A stretch of 64,000 bases of DNA from Neocallimastix sp. 'constans' (Eukaryota), in the NCBI GenBank assembly GCA_050613775.1, contig JBODTK010000154.1:62001-126000 (forward strand), in the 5' to 3' direction. How positions within the stretch are numbered: position 1 is the stretch's first letter; each line of letters begins with the position of its first letter. The notes beneath the pieces are model-generated. The model ran no database searches. It saw only the letters and a list, made by a program, of their open reading frames with translations, and was not told the origin of the DNA. Of this stretch, positions 13,901 through 28,448 are shown one piece after another. The translations under genes were made by a program, and so were the position numbers.

Positions 13901-15379
13901 TTAGAGTGGTGGGTTAGCGTTCTTAATACCTTGTTCAAAGTGCTTTTGGAACCATTGACCGGCTTCTGGTGCTGGCTTCATAGCAGTTTCATGACCACAG
14001 TAACCATCGAAACGAGCTGCACTTTCATCAGAAGTACCATCGGATTCACCAAGTGGCTTAATCCAGTAGAAAGCATCAAGATAATCCATACCAGAAACTG
14101 GACTGGCTTGTGGTCTAGCTCCAACTCCAACACCAGTTTGGTTACACCATTCTCCTGGATGCTTACGATCAACCTTCTTACCATTACGAGAACTATCAGA
14201 AACAAAGTAAACGGATTTGATACCTGCTGATTTGAAGTCCTTAGAAATAGCTTCTAAGTATCTCTTTTCATCTGGACATGGATTCCATTCAGTATCTGGT
14301 CCACGAGAAAGAGTTGGATCTTCCCATGGAGTGTAGTTAGAAACATTATCAGTGAAACCACGAACATTACCTGGAGCACCAGAACTAATAACCTTGGCAT
14401 AAACTTTACCAGCCTTTTCACGATTATCATCCCAACCTAACCAGAAAGCGTGACCAATATCAAGATACATAGCAACATGTGGAAGAACACCAAGCTTCTT
14501 AATTAAATAAGCATGTCCTTCAAGATAATACTTTTCAGAATCAGCACAAGCTGGAGTAGATTCAAGATTAGTAACTAAGTTAGCAAGTGAATCAGGTTCA
14601 ACAATAAGAACAACTGGTTGAGATTTGTAAGTCTTTAAGTGACCTTCAATAACATCAATATACTCAGACTTGTAACGAGCTAAATCTCCATCATTGGCAA
14701 GAAGTTCACCATTAGAAGCAAGAGCGTGACAATCACGACCTGGTAAATCATAAACAACGAAAACTGTTAAGATATCTTTACCACTACTTTGGTGTTGAGA
14801 TTGAGCTCCTTGTAAGTTAGATTCTAACCAACTTTGCATATTCTTAATGGTATCTAACCAGATAGCATTAGAGTAAGTCTTCATCTTTTCAGCCTTAGCA
14901 ATAAGAGAAGAATCTGTCATTTGAGCAATAGCTCCATCAACTTCTTCAACATAGTATGGATTGATGTAGAATTCAACACCCTTGAATGGATTACCAGAAA
15001 TGGTGTATTGTTCATTAGATGGAGTAACATTACCACCACCAGTACTACCACCAGTACTACCACCAGTAGTACCAGTTGGAATACCACACCAGTCTCCATT
15101 TTCAACACCCCATTTACCTGAGGCATCAGTGTACCAAACTTCAGCATTTGAAGAAGAACAGCATGGATAACCTTGAGAAAGGGACCAACAAGTAGCTTGA
15201 GCTGGAGCATCGGCAATACCACACCAATTACCGTTTTCTACACCCCACTTTCCATCGTTATCGGTGTAAACAACTTCATTACCAGAACAACATGGATAAC
15301 CTAATCTTTGTGAGAAACATGCAGCAGAAGCCTTAGCGGCAAGAGCAGCAGCAGCAGTTAAAGCAATAGTGGCCTTCAT
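13901..15379 (-). CDS. cel6A: GH6 cellobiohydrolase with 2 dockerins (492 aa, extra GGST linker unit)
   Basis: Intact ORF with same motifs. Confidence 0.96.
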   Translation of the reverse strand: MKATIALTAAAALAAKASAACFSQRLGYPCCSGNEVVYTDNDGKWGVENGNWCGIADAPAQATCWSLSQGYPCCSSSNAEVWYTDASGKWGVENGDWCGIPTGTTGGSTGGSTGGGNVTPSNEQYTISGNPFKGVEFYINPYYVEEVDGAIAQMTDSSLIAKAEKMKTYSNAIWLDTIKNMQSWLESNLQGAQSQHQSSGKDILTVFVVYDLPGRDCHALASNGELLANDGDLARYKSEYIDVIEGHLKTYKSQPVVLIVEPDSLANLVTNLESTPACADSEKYYLEGHAYLIKKLGVLPHVAMYLDIGHAFWLGWDDNREKAGKVYAKVISSGAPGNVRGFTDNVSNYTPWEDPTLSRGPDTEWNPCPDEKRYLEAISKDFKSAGIKSVYFVSDSSRNGKKVDRKHPGEWCNQTGVGVGARPQASPVSGMDYLDAFYWIKPLGESDGTSDESAARFDGYCGHETAMKPAPEAGQWFQKHFEQGIKNANPPL

Positions 15380-17571
15380 TTTTGAATATTTTAATTTATA
15401 TGGAATATTTATTAAAAAATAATATTTATTAAAAAATAATATATTAAAATATTTGTAATCAATACAAAAATATTTTTTTCTATTGTTATAATAGTTTTTT
15501 CTTTTTTTTTTAATTTTCTTCCAGAGAAAATTTTATTATTTAATTATGAAAATAAGAAAAATTGAAAATAATAAAAAAAAGAAAAAAATTATCATTTAAA
15601 TATGAAAAAATTTTGAAATAGTAAAATATGATTATAATATATAAATGTTTTAACTTTTAAAATTTAATATAAATTTAATATAAATCTATTTTAATAATTG
15701 GAAAGATTATTAAAAATAAACCAATAAAAAAAATAATAGGAGTAATTTTTAAAATAATTTTGAAATACAATTTTTTGTTTTTTTTTTTATTTCAAAATTA
15801 TTAAGTCACAATCACAAACATTATTATTAATAATTTTTCTAATTATTAATGATTACAATCATTACTATTGTTAATTATTTATTATAAACTTATCCTTAAA
15901 ACAGTATTAAATTATATAATTTTAAATTTTTAATTATATTTATGTCTATCATTTTTTTAAACTAATTGATATAATAATAAATTATATAATAAAACTCTTA
16001 TTAATAAATTATTAAGGTTTTTTTTTTTTTTTATTTTTTTTTTTTTATTTTTTATTTTTTATTTTTTTTTTTTTTTTTTGGATAAAAATTAATTTTTATT
16101 CATTAACCTATAAATTTATTATCATGAATTTATTATATTTTTGATAATATTTTTTTCTTAATTTTTATATAATAATTTTGTTTATTTTTTTTTAATAGAC
16201 TTTCATACACGTGAATAAATAACCAATTACATATTTTACTTTTTTTTATTTTATTTTTTTCTTTTGGCTATTTTTTTTTTTTTTACCCATATTCCATATT
16301 TTAATTTAGTATTTTTATTAAAAACTTTAATTATTAGAATAGAATAATACAAAAATAAATTATAAAATATCTTTATAAATAAAAAAATAAAAATTCCAAA
16401 ATGAATATGATAGTTATTATATTTTCAATTATACAATAACTATATACATTAAAGTAAAATTATAAGAACTTTATATATAATAAATATTTGTATAAAATTT
16501 AAACAAAATTTACTTAAATAAATAAAATTTTATAAATTTTCATTTTGTATTATTACCTTTCATTGTATATCATAATTAAAATTATTTATTTTATTTTCGG
16601 AAAATTATAATGAATAATTTATTATAGTGAATAAATTTAATTTTATATAAACTTGCTTTTTTTAAATATTTTACCTTCAATTTTTTATACATATAATTAA
16701 TTAAATAATTATTTTATTATTAAACGTATATATAAAAAAAGATATTTCGTAGTTATATTAAATAATCTTTTATATTTTAATAATTATTTTTAAAAAGTTT
16801 AAAAATAAATAAAAAAAATTACAATTCCAATATAAATAATAATTCAGTAACTTTTTTTAATTATAAGAATAAAATAATTATTATTCAATTAAATATTCTT
16901 TAATAATTAATTAAATTTTTGTTACCACCAAAATAAAAAAAAATAAAATAAAATATAAAAAAACATAATTTTATTGCTTTTATACATAGTTATTGCTAAT
17001 TGTTTAATTTTTTAAACTTTTAAAGTATAAATACTAAATATAAATTTACTTACTTCTTGCTGAAACAATATTTCATATTATATATATTAATTATCTATTT
17101 TATTTTGTAAAAAACACACAAAAGTAATAATTATTTAATATATTCTTTTATTATATAATTATATAATATATAATTAAAATTTTTTGTTTTTATTATTTTT
17201 TTTTTATATACTTTTTACTAAAACAATATTTCATATTATATATATTTAATTTTCTATTTATTTTTATAAAAACACACAAAAATATTAATTATATAATATA
17301 TTATATTATTATATAGTTTTATAATTTATAATTAAAACTTTTTATTTTTTATAATTTTTTTATTTCTTTAATTTTTTTTTTTATCTATTATCATTATCAT
17401 TACTATTTTTTATTTTCTATATTTAATTAATAAATTAATTTTTATCAATATTTTATATTTTTAATTTTCTTAATACATTAATCATATATTTGGTTATTCG
17501 CATTTAGTATTATAAATAATTTATTTTCGGTATATTTTATTTCTATTAAACTTTTAGAATTCTCAATTTAT

Positions 17572-19038
17572 TTAGAGTGGTGGGTTAGCATTCTTAATAC
17601 CTTGTTCAAAGTGCTTTTGGAACCATTGACCGGCTTCAGGTGCTGGCTTCATAGCTGTTTCATGACCACAGTAACCATCGAAACGAGCTGCACTTTCATC
17701 AGAAGTACCATCGGATTCACCAAGTGGCTTAATCCAATAGAAAGCATCAAGATAATCCATACCAGAAACTGGACTGGCTTGTGGTCTGGCTCCAACTCCA
17801 ACACCAGTTTGGTTACACCATTCTCCTGGATGCTTACGATCAACCTTCTTACCATTACGAGAACTATCAGAAACAAAGTAAACGGATTTGATACCTGCTG
17901 ATTTGAAGTCCTTAGAAATAGCTTCTAAGTATCTCTTTTCATCTGGACATGGATTCCATTCAGTATCTGGTCCACGAGAAAGAGTTGGATCTTCCCATGG
18001 AGTGTAGTTAGAAACATTATCAGTGAAACCACGAACATTACCTGGTGATCCAGAACTAATAACCTTGGCATAAACTTTACCAGCCTTTTCACGATTATCA
18101 TCCCAACCTAACCAGAAGGCGTGACCAATATCAAGATACATAGCAACATGTGGAAGAACACCAAGCTTCTTAATTAAATAAGCATGTCCTTCAAGATAAT
18201 ACTTTTCAGAATCAGCACAAGCTGGAGTAGATTCAAGGTTAGTAACTAAGTTAGCAAGTGAATCTGGTTCAACAATAAGAACAACTGGTTGAGATTTGTA
18301 AGTCTTTAAGTGACCTTCAATAACATCAATATATTCAGACTTGTAACGAGCTAAATCTCCATCATTGGCAAGAAGTTCACCATTAGAAGCAAGAGCGTGA
18401 CAATCACGACCTGGTAAATCATAAACAACGAAAACTGTTAAGATATCCTTACCACTACTTTGGTGTTGAGTTTGAGCTCCTTGTAAATTAGATTCTAACC
18501 AACTTTGCATGTTCTTAATGGTATCTAACCAAATAGCATTAGAGTAAGTCTTCATCTTTTCAGCCTTAGCAATAAGAGAAGAATCAGACATTTGAGCAAT
18601 AGCTCCATCAACTTCTTCAACATAGTATGGATTGATATAGAATTCAACACCCTTGAATGGATTACCAGAAATGGTGTATTGTTCATTAGATGGAGTAACA
18701 TTACCACCACCAGTACTACCACCAGTACTACCAGTTGGAATTCCACACCAGTCTCCATTTTCAACACCCCACTTACCTGAGGCATCGGTGTACCAAACTT
18801 CAGCATTTGAAGAAGAACAGCATGGATAACCTTGAGAAAGGGACCAACAAGTAGCTTGAGCTGGGGCATCAGCAATACCACACCAATTACCGTTTTCTAC
18901 ACCCCACTTTCCATCATTATCGGTATAAACAACTTCATTACCAGAACAACATGGATAATCTAATCTTTGTGAGAAACATGCAGCAGAAGCCTTAGCGGCA
19001 AGAGCAGCAGCAGCACTTAAAGCAATAGTGGCCTTCAT
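17572..19038 (-). CDS. cel6A: GH6 cellobiohydrolase with 2 dockerins (488 aa)
   Basis: Intact ORF; start set at MKATIALS (19038) by alignment with paralogues. Confidence 0.96.
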   Translation of the reverse strand: MKATIALSAAAALAAKASAACFSQRLDYPCCSGNEVVYTDNDGKWGVENGNWCGIADAPAQATCWSLSQGYPCCSSSNAEVWYTDASGKWGVENGDWCGIPTGSTGGSTGGGNVTPSNEQYTISGNPFKGVEFYINPYYVEEVDGAIAQMSDSSLIAKAEKMKTYSNAIWLDTIKNMQSWLESNLQGAQTQHQSSGKDILTVFVVYDLPGRDCHALASNGELLANDGDLARYKSEYIDVIEGHLKTYKSQPVVLIVEPDSLANLVTNLESTPACADSEKYYLEGHAYLIKKLGVLPHVAMYLDIGHAFWLGWDDNREKAGKVYAKVISSGSPGNVRGFTDNVSNYTPWEDPTLSRGPDTEWNPCPDEKRYLEAISKDFKSAGIKSVYFVSDSSRNGKKVDRKHPGEWCNQTGVGVGARPQASPVSGMDYLDAFYWIKPLGESDGTSDESAARFDGYCGHETAMKPAPEAGQWFQKHFEQGIKNANPPL

Positions 19039-19692
19039 TTTTGAATATTTTAATTTATATGGAATATTTATTAAAAAATAATATATTAAAATATTTGTAA
19101 TCAATACAAAAATATTTTTTTCAATATTAATAAAAGTTCTTCCTTTTTTTTAATTTTCTTCCAGAGAAAATTTTATTATTTAATTATGAAAATAAGAAAA
19201 ATTGAAAATAATAAAAAAAAGAAAGAAAAAAATTATAATTTAAATATGAAAAAATTTTTCAATAGTAAAATATGATTATAATATATAAATGTTTTAACTT
19301 TTAAAATTTAATATAAATTTAATATAAATCTATTTTAATAATTGGAAAGATTATTAAAAATAAACCAATAAAAAAAAAATATAGGAGTAATTTTTAAAAT
19401 AATTCTGAAATACAATTTTTTTTTATTTTATTTCAGAATTGTTAAGTCACAAACTTTATTATTAATAATTTTTTTAATTATTATTGGTTTCAATCATTTC
19501 TATTGTTAATTATTTATTATAAAATTATCCTTAAAACAGTATTAATTAAATTATCATAAATAATTTTAAATTTTTAATTATATTTATGTATATTATTTTT
19601 TTAAAAAAATTTTAAACTAATTGATATAATAATTAATCATATAATAAAATTAATAAAATTCTTTTTAATGAATTATTAAGGTTTTTTATTTT

Positions 19693-19731
<39 letters not shown>

Positions 19732-21200
19732 AAAATAATTTATATTCATTAACTTATAAATTTATTATCATGAATTTATTATATTTTTGATAATATTTTT
19801 TTTCTTAATTTTTTATATTAGTTTTGTTATTTTTTTTAATAGACTTTCATACATGTGAATAAATAACCAATTACATCTTTTTTTTTTGGCTATTTTCTTT
19901 TTTATTGTTTTTTTTTTTTTTTTTACCAATATTCCATATTTCAATTTAGTATTTTTATTAAAATCTTTAATTATTAGAATAAAATAATACAAAAATAAAT
20001 AATAAAATATCTTTATAAATAAAAAAATAAAAATTCCAAAATGAATATGATAGTTATTATATTTTCAATTATACAATAACTATATACATTAAAGTAAAAT
20101 TATAAGAACTTTATATATAATAAATATTTGTATAAAATTTAAACAAAATTTACTTAAATAAATAAAATTTTATAAATTTTCATTTTGTATTATTACCTTT
20201 CATTGTATATCATAATTAAAATTATTTCTTTATTTTATTTTCGGAAAATTATAATGAATAATTTATTATAATGAATAAATTTAATTTTATATAAACTTGC
20301 TTTTTAAATATTTTACCTTCAATTTTTTATACATATAATTAATTAAATAATTATTTTATTATTAAACGTATATATAAAAAAAGATATTTCGTAGTTATAT
20401 TAAATAATCTTTTATATTTTAATAATTATTTTTAAAAAGTTTAAAAATAAATAAAAAAAATTACAATTCCAATATAAATAATAATTCAGTAACTTTTTTT
20501 AATTATAAGAATAAAATAATTATTATTCAATTAAATATTCTTTAATAATTAATTAAATTTTTGTTACCACCAAAAAAAAAAAAAAAATAAAATAAAATAT
20601 AAAAAAACATAATTTTATTGCTTTTACACATAGTTATTGCTAATTGTTTAATTTTTTAAACTTTTAAAGTATAAATACTAAATATAAATTTACTTACTTC
20701 TTGCTGAAATAATATTTCATATTATATATATTAATTATCTATTTTATTTTGTAAAAAGCCCACAAAAGTAATAATTATTTAATATATTATTATACTATAT
20801 TATTATATAATTTATAATTAAATTTTTTTGTTTTAATTATTTTTTTTATATACTTTTTACTAAAGCAATATTTTATATTATATATATTTAATTTTCTATT
20901 TATTTTTATAAAAACACACAAAAATATTAATTATATAATATATTATATTATAATTTATAATTTAAATTTTTTATTCTTTATAATATTTTTATTTATTTAA
21001 TTTTTTTTTTTAACTATTATCATTATCATTACTATTTTTTATTTTCTATATTTAATTAATAAATTAATTTTTATCTATATTTTATATTTTTAATTTTCTT
21101 AATACATTAATCATATATTTGTTTATTCGCATTAAGTATCATAAATAATTTATTTTCGGTATATTTTATTTCTTTTAAATTTTTAGACTTCTCAATTTAT

Positions 21201-22667
21201 TTAGAGTGGTGGGTTAGCATTCTTAATACCTTGTTCAAAGTGCTTTTGGAACCATTGACCGGCTTCTGGAGCTGGCTTCATAGCAGTTTCATGACCACAG
21301 TAACCATCGAAACGAGCTGCACTTTCATCAGAAGTACCATCGGATTCACCAAGTGGCTTAATCCAATAGAAAGCATCAAGATAATCCATACCAGAAACTG
21401 GACTAGCTTGTGGTCTGGCTCCAACACCAACTCCTGTTTGGTTACACCATTCTCCTGGATGCTTACGATCAACCTTCTTACCATTACGAGAACTATCAGA
21501 AACAAAGTAAACGGATTTGATACCTGCTGATTTGAAGTCCTTAGAAATAGCTTCTAAGTATCTCTTTTCATCTGGACATGGGTTCCATTCAGTATCTGGT
21601 CCACGAGAAAGAGTTGGATCTTCCCATGGAGTGTAGTTAGAAACATTATCAGTGAAACCACGAACATTACCTGGTGATCCAGAACTAATAACCTTGGCAT
21701 AAACTTTACCAGCCTTTTCACGATTATCATCCCAACCTAACCAGAAGGCGTGACCAATATCAAGATACATAGCAACATGTGGAAGAACACCAAGCTTCTT
21801 AATTAAATAAGCATGTCCTTCAAGATAATACTTTTCGGAATCAGCACAAGCTGGAGTAGATTCAAGATTAGTAACTAAGTTAGCAAGTGAATCGGGTTCA
21901 ACAATAAGAACAACTGGTTGAGATTTGTAAGTCTTTAAGTGACCTTCAATAACATCAATATATTCAGACTTGTAACGAGCTAAATCTCCATCATTGGCAA
22001 GAAGTTCACCATTAGAAGCAAGAGCGTGACAATCACGACCTGGTAAATCATAAACAACGAAAACTGTTAAGATATCCTTACCACTACTTTGGTGTTGAGT
22101 TTGAGCTCCTTGTAAATTAGATTCTAACCAACTTTGCATGTTCTTAATGGTATCTAACCAAATAGCATTAGAGTAAGTCTTCATCTTTTCAGCCTTAGCA
22201 ATGAGGGAAGAATCTGTCATTTGAGCAATAGCTCCATCAACTTCTTCAACATAGTATGGATTGATATAGAATTCAACACCCTTGAATGGATTACCAGAAA
22301 TGGTGTATTGTTCATTAGATGGAGTAACATTACCACCACCAGTACTACCACCAGTAGAACCAGTTGGAATACCACACCAGTCTCCATTTTCAACACCCCA
22401 TTTACCTGAGGCATCGGTGTACCAAACTTCAGCATTTGAAGAAGAACAGCATGGATAACCTTGAGAAAGGGACCAGCAAGTAGCTTGAGCTGGGGCATCA
22501 GCAATACCACACCAATTACCATTTTCTACACCCCACTTTCCATCGTTATCGGTGTAAACAACTTCATTACCAGAACAACATGGATAACCTAATCTTTGTG
22601 AGAAACAGGCAGCAGAAGCCTTAGCGGCAAGAGCAGCAGCAGCACTTAAAGCAATAGAGGCCTTCAT
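21201..22667 (-). CDS. cel6A: GH6 cellobiohydrolase with 2 dockerins (488 aa)
   Basis: Intact ORF with same motifs. Confidence 0.96.
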   Translation of the reverse strand: MKASIALSAAAALAAKASAACFSQRLGYPCCSGNEVVYTDNDGKWGVENGNWCGIADAPAQATCWSLSQGYPCCSSSNAEVWYTDASGKWGVENGDWCGIPTGSTGGSTGGGNVTPSNEQYTISGNPFKGVEFYINPYYVEEVDGAIAQMTDSSLIAKAEKMKTYSNAIWLDTIKNMQSWLESNLQGAQTQHQSSGKDILTVFVVYDLPGRDCHALASNGELLANDGDLARYKSEYIDVIEGHLKTYKSQPVVLIVEPDSLANLVTNLESTPACADSEKYYLEGHAYLIKKLGVLPHVAMYLDIGHAFWLGWDDNREKAGKVYAKVISSGSPGNVRGFTDNVSNYTPWEDPTLSRGPDTEWNPCPDEKRYLEAISKDFKSAGIKSVYFVSDSSRNGKKVDRKHPGEWCNQTGVGVGARPQASPVSGMDYLDAFYWIKPLGESDGTSDESAARFDGYCGHETAMKPAPEAGQWFQKHFEQGIKNANPPL

Positions 22668-23170
22668 TTTTGAATATTTTAATTTATATGGAATATTTAT
22701 TAAAAAATAATATTTATTAAAAAATAATATATTAAAATATTTGTAATCAATACAAAAATATTTTTTTCTATTGTTATAATAGTTTTTTTCTTTTTTTTTT
22801 AATTTTCTTCCAGAGAAAATTTTATTATTTAATTATGGAAATAAAAAAATTGAAAATAATAAAAAAAAGAAAAAAATTATCATTTAAATATGAAAAATTT
22901 TAAAATATTAAAAAATGGTTATAATATATAAATGTTTTAACTTTAAAAATTTAATATAAATTTAATATAAATCTATTTTAATATTTGGAAAGATTATTAA
23001 AAATAAACCAATAAAAAAAAATATAGGAGTAATTTTTAAAATAATTCTGAAATACAATTTTTTTTTTATTTTATTTCAGAATTGTTAAGTCACAAACTTT
23101 ATTATTAATAATTTTTTTAATTATTATTGGTTTCAATAATTTCTATTGTTAATTATTTATTATAAACTTA

Positions 23171-24718
23171 TGATATGGAATGGAAATAAAAACCTTAATT
23201 ATTAAAAAATTTTTTTTTTTTTATTCAGTAATTAATTTTTAATATATTCAAATTTAAATATTTAACTCAGTTTAAAAAAAAAAAATATATATACTTAAAA
23301 ATATAATAAAATTCAACTATACAACTATACCATAGTTGTAACTAAAGAAGGGACGAATGATATGAAATGGAAATAAAAACCTTAATTATTAATAAATTAT
23401 TTTATTAATAATTACATAAAAATAAATTATGATATAAAACAAATATGTGTAGCAACATATTTGTATATTTAATAATAATTATTAAATATTAAATTTATAT
23501 CTCTTTTGTCAATAATAATATTTGAAATAATTTCTTATTCATATATTATTCAATATTTATATATATATTATTCATTATAATATGAAATATATTAAATATA
23601 TTAAATTAAATAGTTAATTTCTTCTAAATATATATAAGAATATTATTATATATATAATTTAACTATTCATATTTATTTTTAAAGTTTATATTAAAAATAC
23701 ATAATACTTCTATATATTATAATATATAATATAATGAAATAGTTTTAGTTATTTTAATTATAATTAAATATATATAGTTGATATTATTTATTATATTCAT
23801 ATTTATTAAATAATTATATTCTTATATATTTAACTTTATTATTCTTATTTTCATTTTAAGAATTATATAGTTATATTTATTATATTTATTATTTTAATAT
23901 ATATTTATTATATATTATACTATACTCCGATATAATATATTTTAAATGTATATTTATTAATAAATAAATTATTATAAAGATTTCTAATAACTACTCTTCT
24001 TGATTGTAGTTTAGAGAAGACCCTTGGTTAATTGGGTTTTATAAATTAAAATATATTAATAAAGGTTAATTAAATATAACGATATTATTAAAAATTAGTA
24101 GCACATAAAAGTCCCGCATATCAATTAATTAATCACTTGATTAATTATCATAGGATTTATAAAATTATCTAAAATAACGTGATATAAGATAAATTTATGT
24201 AACAACATAAATTTTATAAAATACAATTTATAACATAAATTTTATGTTATATAAATAATTTATAAATGAATTAAGTTTTATTTTATTTCATTTTAAATAT
24301 TTTATTTTATTATATTTTTAATTATTTTTAATAATTATTATTTTATATTAATATTTTATTAATTATAATCAATTTATATTTTTATTAATATTTTTTGAAT
24401 ATTTTATATTTTATTTTATACTTTTATATTAAATACTTTAAATACTTAATAGTTACTCTAAGAGAATTAATTAATTAAATAGTTTATTATGAATTTCAAA
24501 TATAAAAACAAGAATAATTCTTTATAATTATTCTTTGCAGCACAGTTTTATGCCAAATTTATATTATAATTATTTTATATTTTCAAGATAAATATTAAAT
24601 ACATGTATTAATTAATTTTATAATTATTTTTAAATAAATAAATAAATTTTATAATTAAATAACAACTTTATAAAACTTCTCCCAACAAGAGAACTTGAAC
24701 CAAAGGCGTACTTTATCA
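23171..24718 (+). mobile_element. Non-coding LTR-element remnant (truncated LTR start, PPT, ~1.36 kb LTR) with 4-bp TSD
   Basis: TGATA...TATCA termini; CTTA on both sides; empty site AAACTTATCCTTAAAAC in the paralogous spacer (~15886); 35-bp start repeated at 23358 right after purine tract AAAGAAGGGACGAA. Confidence 0.72.
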
Positions 24719-25065
24719 CTTATCCTTAAAACAGTATTAATTAAATTATCCTAAATAATTTTAAATTTTTAATTATATTTATTATTTTTTTAAAAAAATT
24801 TTAAACTAATTGATATAATAATTAATCATATAATAAAATTAATAAAATTCTTTTTAATGAATTATTAAGGTTTTTTTTTTTTTTTTTGATAAAAAATAAT
24901 TTATATTCATTAACTTGTAAATTTATTATCATGAATTTATTATATTTTTGATGATATTTTTTTTCTTAATTTTTTATATTAGTTTTGTTATTTTTTTAAT
25001 AGACTTTCATACATGTGAATAAATAGCCAATTACATCTTTTTTTTTTTTGCTATTTTTTTTTTTT

Positions 25066-25102
<37 letters not shown>

Positions 25103-25435
25103 AATATTCCATATTTCAATTTAGTATTTTTATTAAAATCTTTATAATTATTAGAATAAAATAATACAAAAATAAATAATAAAATATCTTTATAAATAAA
25201 AAAATAAAAATTGCCAAAATGAATATGATAGTTTTATATTTTCAATTATACTATATAAATTAAAGAAAATTATAAGAACTTTATATATAATAAATATTTG
25301 TATAAAATTTAAACAAAACTTACTTAAATAAATAAAATTTTATAAATTTTCATCTTGTATTATTACCTTTCATTGTATTTCATTATAATTAAAATTATTT
25401 CATTATTTTATCTTCGGAAAATTATAATGAATAAT

Positions 25436-25615
25436 TTTTAACTCAGATAAAGATTAACAATTCATATTATATTATCGTATTTGTTTTATTATAAAAGTGT
25501 TAAGTAAAATAAAAATAAAAAATACATAATGCTTATTTTATACATTTAGATAATTAATTCTATTGGTTAAATATATTAAATATTAATTCTTATATTTGAT
25601 ATTTATCTCATTTCA
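25436..25615 (-). repeat. copia 3' LTR
   Basis: Direct repeat of 38993-39172 with ~4 mismatches; preceded on the minus strand by the PPT at 25616-25626. Confidence 0.92.
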
Positions 25616-25682
25616 CACTCCCCCTCAAATCTAATTTCCACATGTAGTAAAAGTTAGATTTGTTTTTCTGATGTATTACCCT

Positions 25683-26438
25683 TTAATCTTTGATTCTTTC
25701 GAGAAGTGTACTTCTAAATTTATCCATTAATGAATTATTCAGATATTTAGTGAACCCATCGGCTAGATTATTTTCTGATTTAATGTATTTTAATCTTATT
25801 TTATCCTTTTTAACGAGATCTCTTATATGATGATATTTTATATCAATATGTTTTGATTTCGCAATAATAGAATGATTCTGACAATTATATATTGTTGCCT
25901 TATTATCAACATTTATTATTACATAGTTAAGATTGATGTTTAGCTCATTTAAAAGGTTCATATACCAAAGACTATGCTTAGCGCATTCGCTTACGCTATA
26001 GTATTCTGATTCTGCCGTTGAAGTTGCAATACAATATTGTAATTTGGAATACCAGCTAGTAGGTGCATCTCCTATCATCATCAGAAAACCGGAGGTTGAT
26101 TTTCTTGTATCAATGTATCCAGCATAATCGGCGTCCACAAATATTTTTAATGAGCTATTCTTTGAGAATTTGATTCCATAATTTTCAGTACCCTTTAGGT
26201 ATTTGAAAATCTTTTTTACGTTAATCCAGTCCTCCAAAGTAGGATTTTTGCTTTTTCTTGCTGCTTGATTTACTGAAAATAATATGTCTGGTCTTGTACA
26301 AATTGCTAGGTATAGGAGGTTCCCGATGGCACTTCTGTAAAAGGTTTCATTAAATTTTTTGTTTCTTAATTCCTTATTTTCCAATGGCTTCATATTTCTT
26401 ACAGGTGCGCAATTAGTCAGTCTAAACTTATACATCAA
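25683..26438 (-). pseudogene. copia RT C-terminus and RNase H
   Basis: YRSAIGNLLYL, TRPDI, FVDADYAG, STAESEY, KHIDIKYH, NLADGFTK motifs; out of frame with the upstream RT. Confidence 0.9.
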
Positions 26439-26459
26439 AGAGGATATTTAAGAGAATTA

Positions 26460-27459
26460 CTAAATAAGTTTAGAATATTCTCTTAAATATCCTCTTTGAT
26501 GTATAATATAACCATCACTTTGTCTTTCAAATTTTATCCCAATGACGAAATCTACTTCACCTATATATTTAATGTTATAATTCATTTTAATTTGTTCTTT
26601 AATACTTATTATTACATTCTCCTTGCCTATTAAAAATATATCATCAACATATACCGTAAGAATACATATTATTTCCTTCAATTTATTTTCCTTCACATAG
26701 ACACAAGGTTCACTATTCAATCTTCTAAATTTCATTTCTAATAGTGTAGAGTCCAATTTTTCGTTCCATTCCCTACCGTCTTGATTTAAACCATATAAGG
26801 CTTTGTTTAATTTAAAATAAACTTTGTTGTATAATGGGTGACCTTGAGGTGGCCTCATATAAATGTCTTCGCTCAAGTCGGTATTTAGGTATGCTGCATT
26901 AATGTCTAATTGAAAAATTTTAAAGTTTTTTTGTACTGCGATTGCTATAATTATTCGCAGTGAATCATGTTTTAAAGTAGGCGAGAAGGTAAGTAAGTAG
27001 TCTATACTAAACTTTTGTGTGAATCCCCTTGCGACTAAACGTGCTTTGCGTACAAGGATATTTCCGTTGAAATCCCGCTTATATTTGAAAACCCATTTAC
27101 AGGAAACTATGTTTACTCCTTTTGGAATGGATTTTAGTGGTTTGAACACGTTAAGTTGTTCCATATTTTCTAGTTCTTTATTAACGGCATCTAACCATTC
27201 ATCCTTATCTGGTAGATTGAATATGTCATAAAAATCTTTTGGTTCTTTTATGTTTGAATTATTGTGAGTTTTTGGTGTAGTTGATTTGTGATTTGTTAGT
27301 TTTGGTCTTTTGTCATTTATTGAATTGTTGTATATTGCATTTATTACTTCGTTATTTGTATTGATATTATTATTATTATTGTTATTGATATTGTTATTGT
27401 TATTGTTATTGTTATTGTTATTGTTATTGTTATTGTTATTGTTATTGTTATTGTTATTG
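26460..27459 (-). pseudogene. copia IN-RT linker and reverse transcriptase
   Basis: KWVFKYK, KARLVARGFTQ, LDINAAYL, LNKALYGL, YVDD motifs; ends in a frameshift or stop. Confidence 0.9.
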
Positions 27460-28438
27460 TGTAAAAATGTTCCTTATGGAGCAGATTACAATTACGAAAA
27501 AAACAAAAAAAAACAACAAAAACAACACTATCAATAATAATACTCTAATGAAATTGATTTTTTAAAAAAAAATTCTTTTATTAATCACTTTATTATAAAA
27601 ATTCTTTTTATTAGTTATTAACTGCAAAAATAGTTAATAACAACTACATCTTTTTTTAATAGAATAATTTTACATGTATTTATATTTTTTTCTTAATTAT
27701 ATTATAATATACTATTTCTATTTATTTAAACATATATTCAATATAAAATAAACAAAAACTAATCTAAAATTAAATAAAGTTATAAAAAACTAAAACTAAT
27801 TCAATAAGCTTTTTATTCAATTTGTTTTGACTCAAATTGAATAAGTTCTTATTTATTATTTATTTATTATTCTTTTATTATTAGTACTATTAATTATATA
27901 TTACTATTTAATTTTTTTGATTATTAAACTAAACTAAAATTAAACTAAACTAAAATTAAACTAAACTAAAATTAAACTAAACTAAAATTAAACTAAACTA
28001 AAATTAAACTAAACTAAAATTAAACTAAACTAAAATTAAACTAAACTAAAATTAAACTAAACTAAAATTAAACTAAACTAAAATTAAACTAAACTAAAAT
28101 TAAACTAAACTAAAATTAAACTAAACTAAAATTAAACTAAACTAAAATTAAACTAAACTAAAATTAAACTAAACTAAAATTAAACTAAACTAAAATTATT
28201 AAAATATTTTATTACTAAATTTTAGGTTATTTAAAAATTAATTTTATATTTTTAAATTTATATATTATATGAAATATAAATTTATTATTAATTTTCATAA
28301 ATCAATTAATTTCATAAATTAATATATTTTACATAATTTAATGCATTAGCATTATTTTGTAAACGTGAATTACATTAAATAATTTAATGTACAAAATAAA
28401 TTAATTAATGTACTAAAGATATTGATCATATCTTTACA
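27460..28438 (-). repeat. gypsy 3' LTR (979 bp) with 17 copies of 16-bp unit TAAACTAAACTAAAAT (27925-28196)
   Basis: Direct repeat of 33829-34577. Confidence 0.95.
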
Positions 28439-28448
28439 ATCTCGCCCT

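Noticed and set aside
19039..19104. N-terminal extensions called for copies 17572, 50808 and 59866
   Set aside because: They rely on TTG starts in AT-rich leader; the conserved ATG and signal peptide lie downstream
27925..28196. CRISPR-like or telomere-like array
   Set aside because: Head-to-tail 16-mers without spacers, inside an LTR
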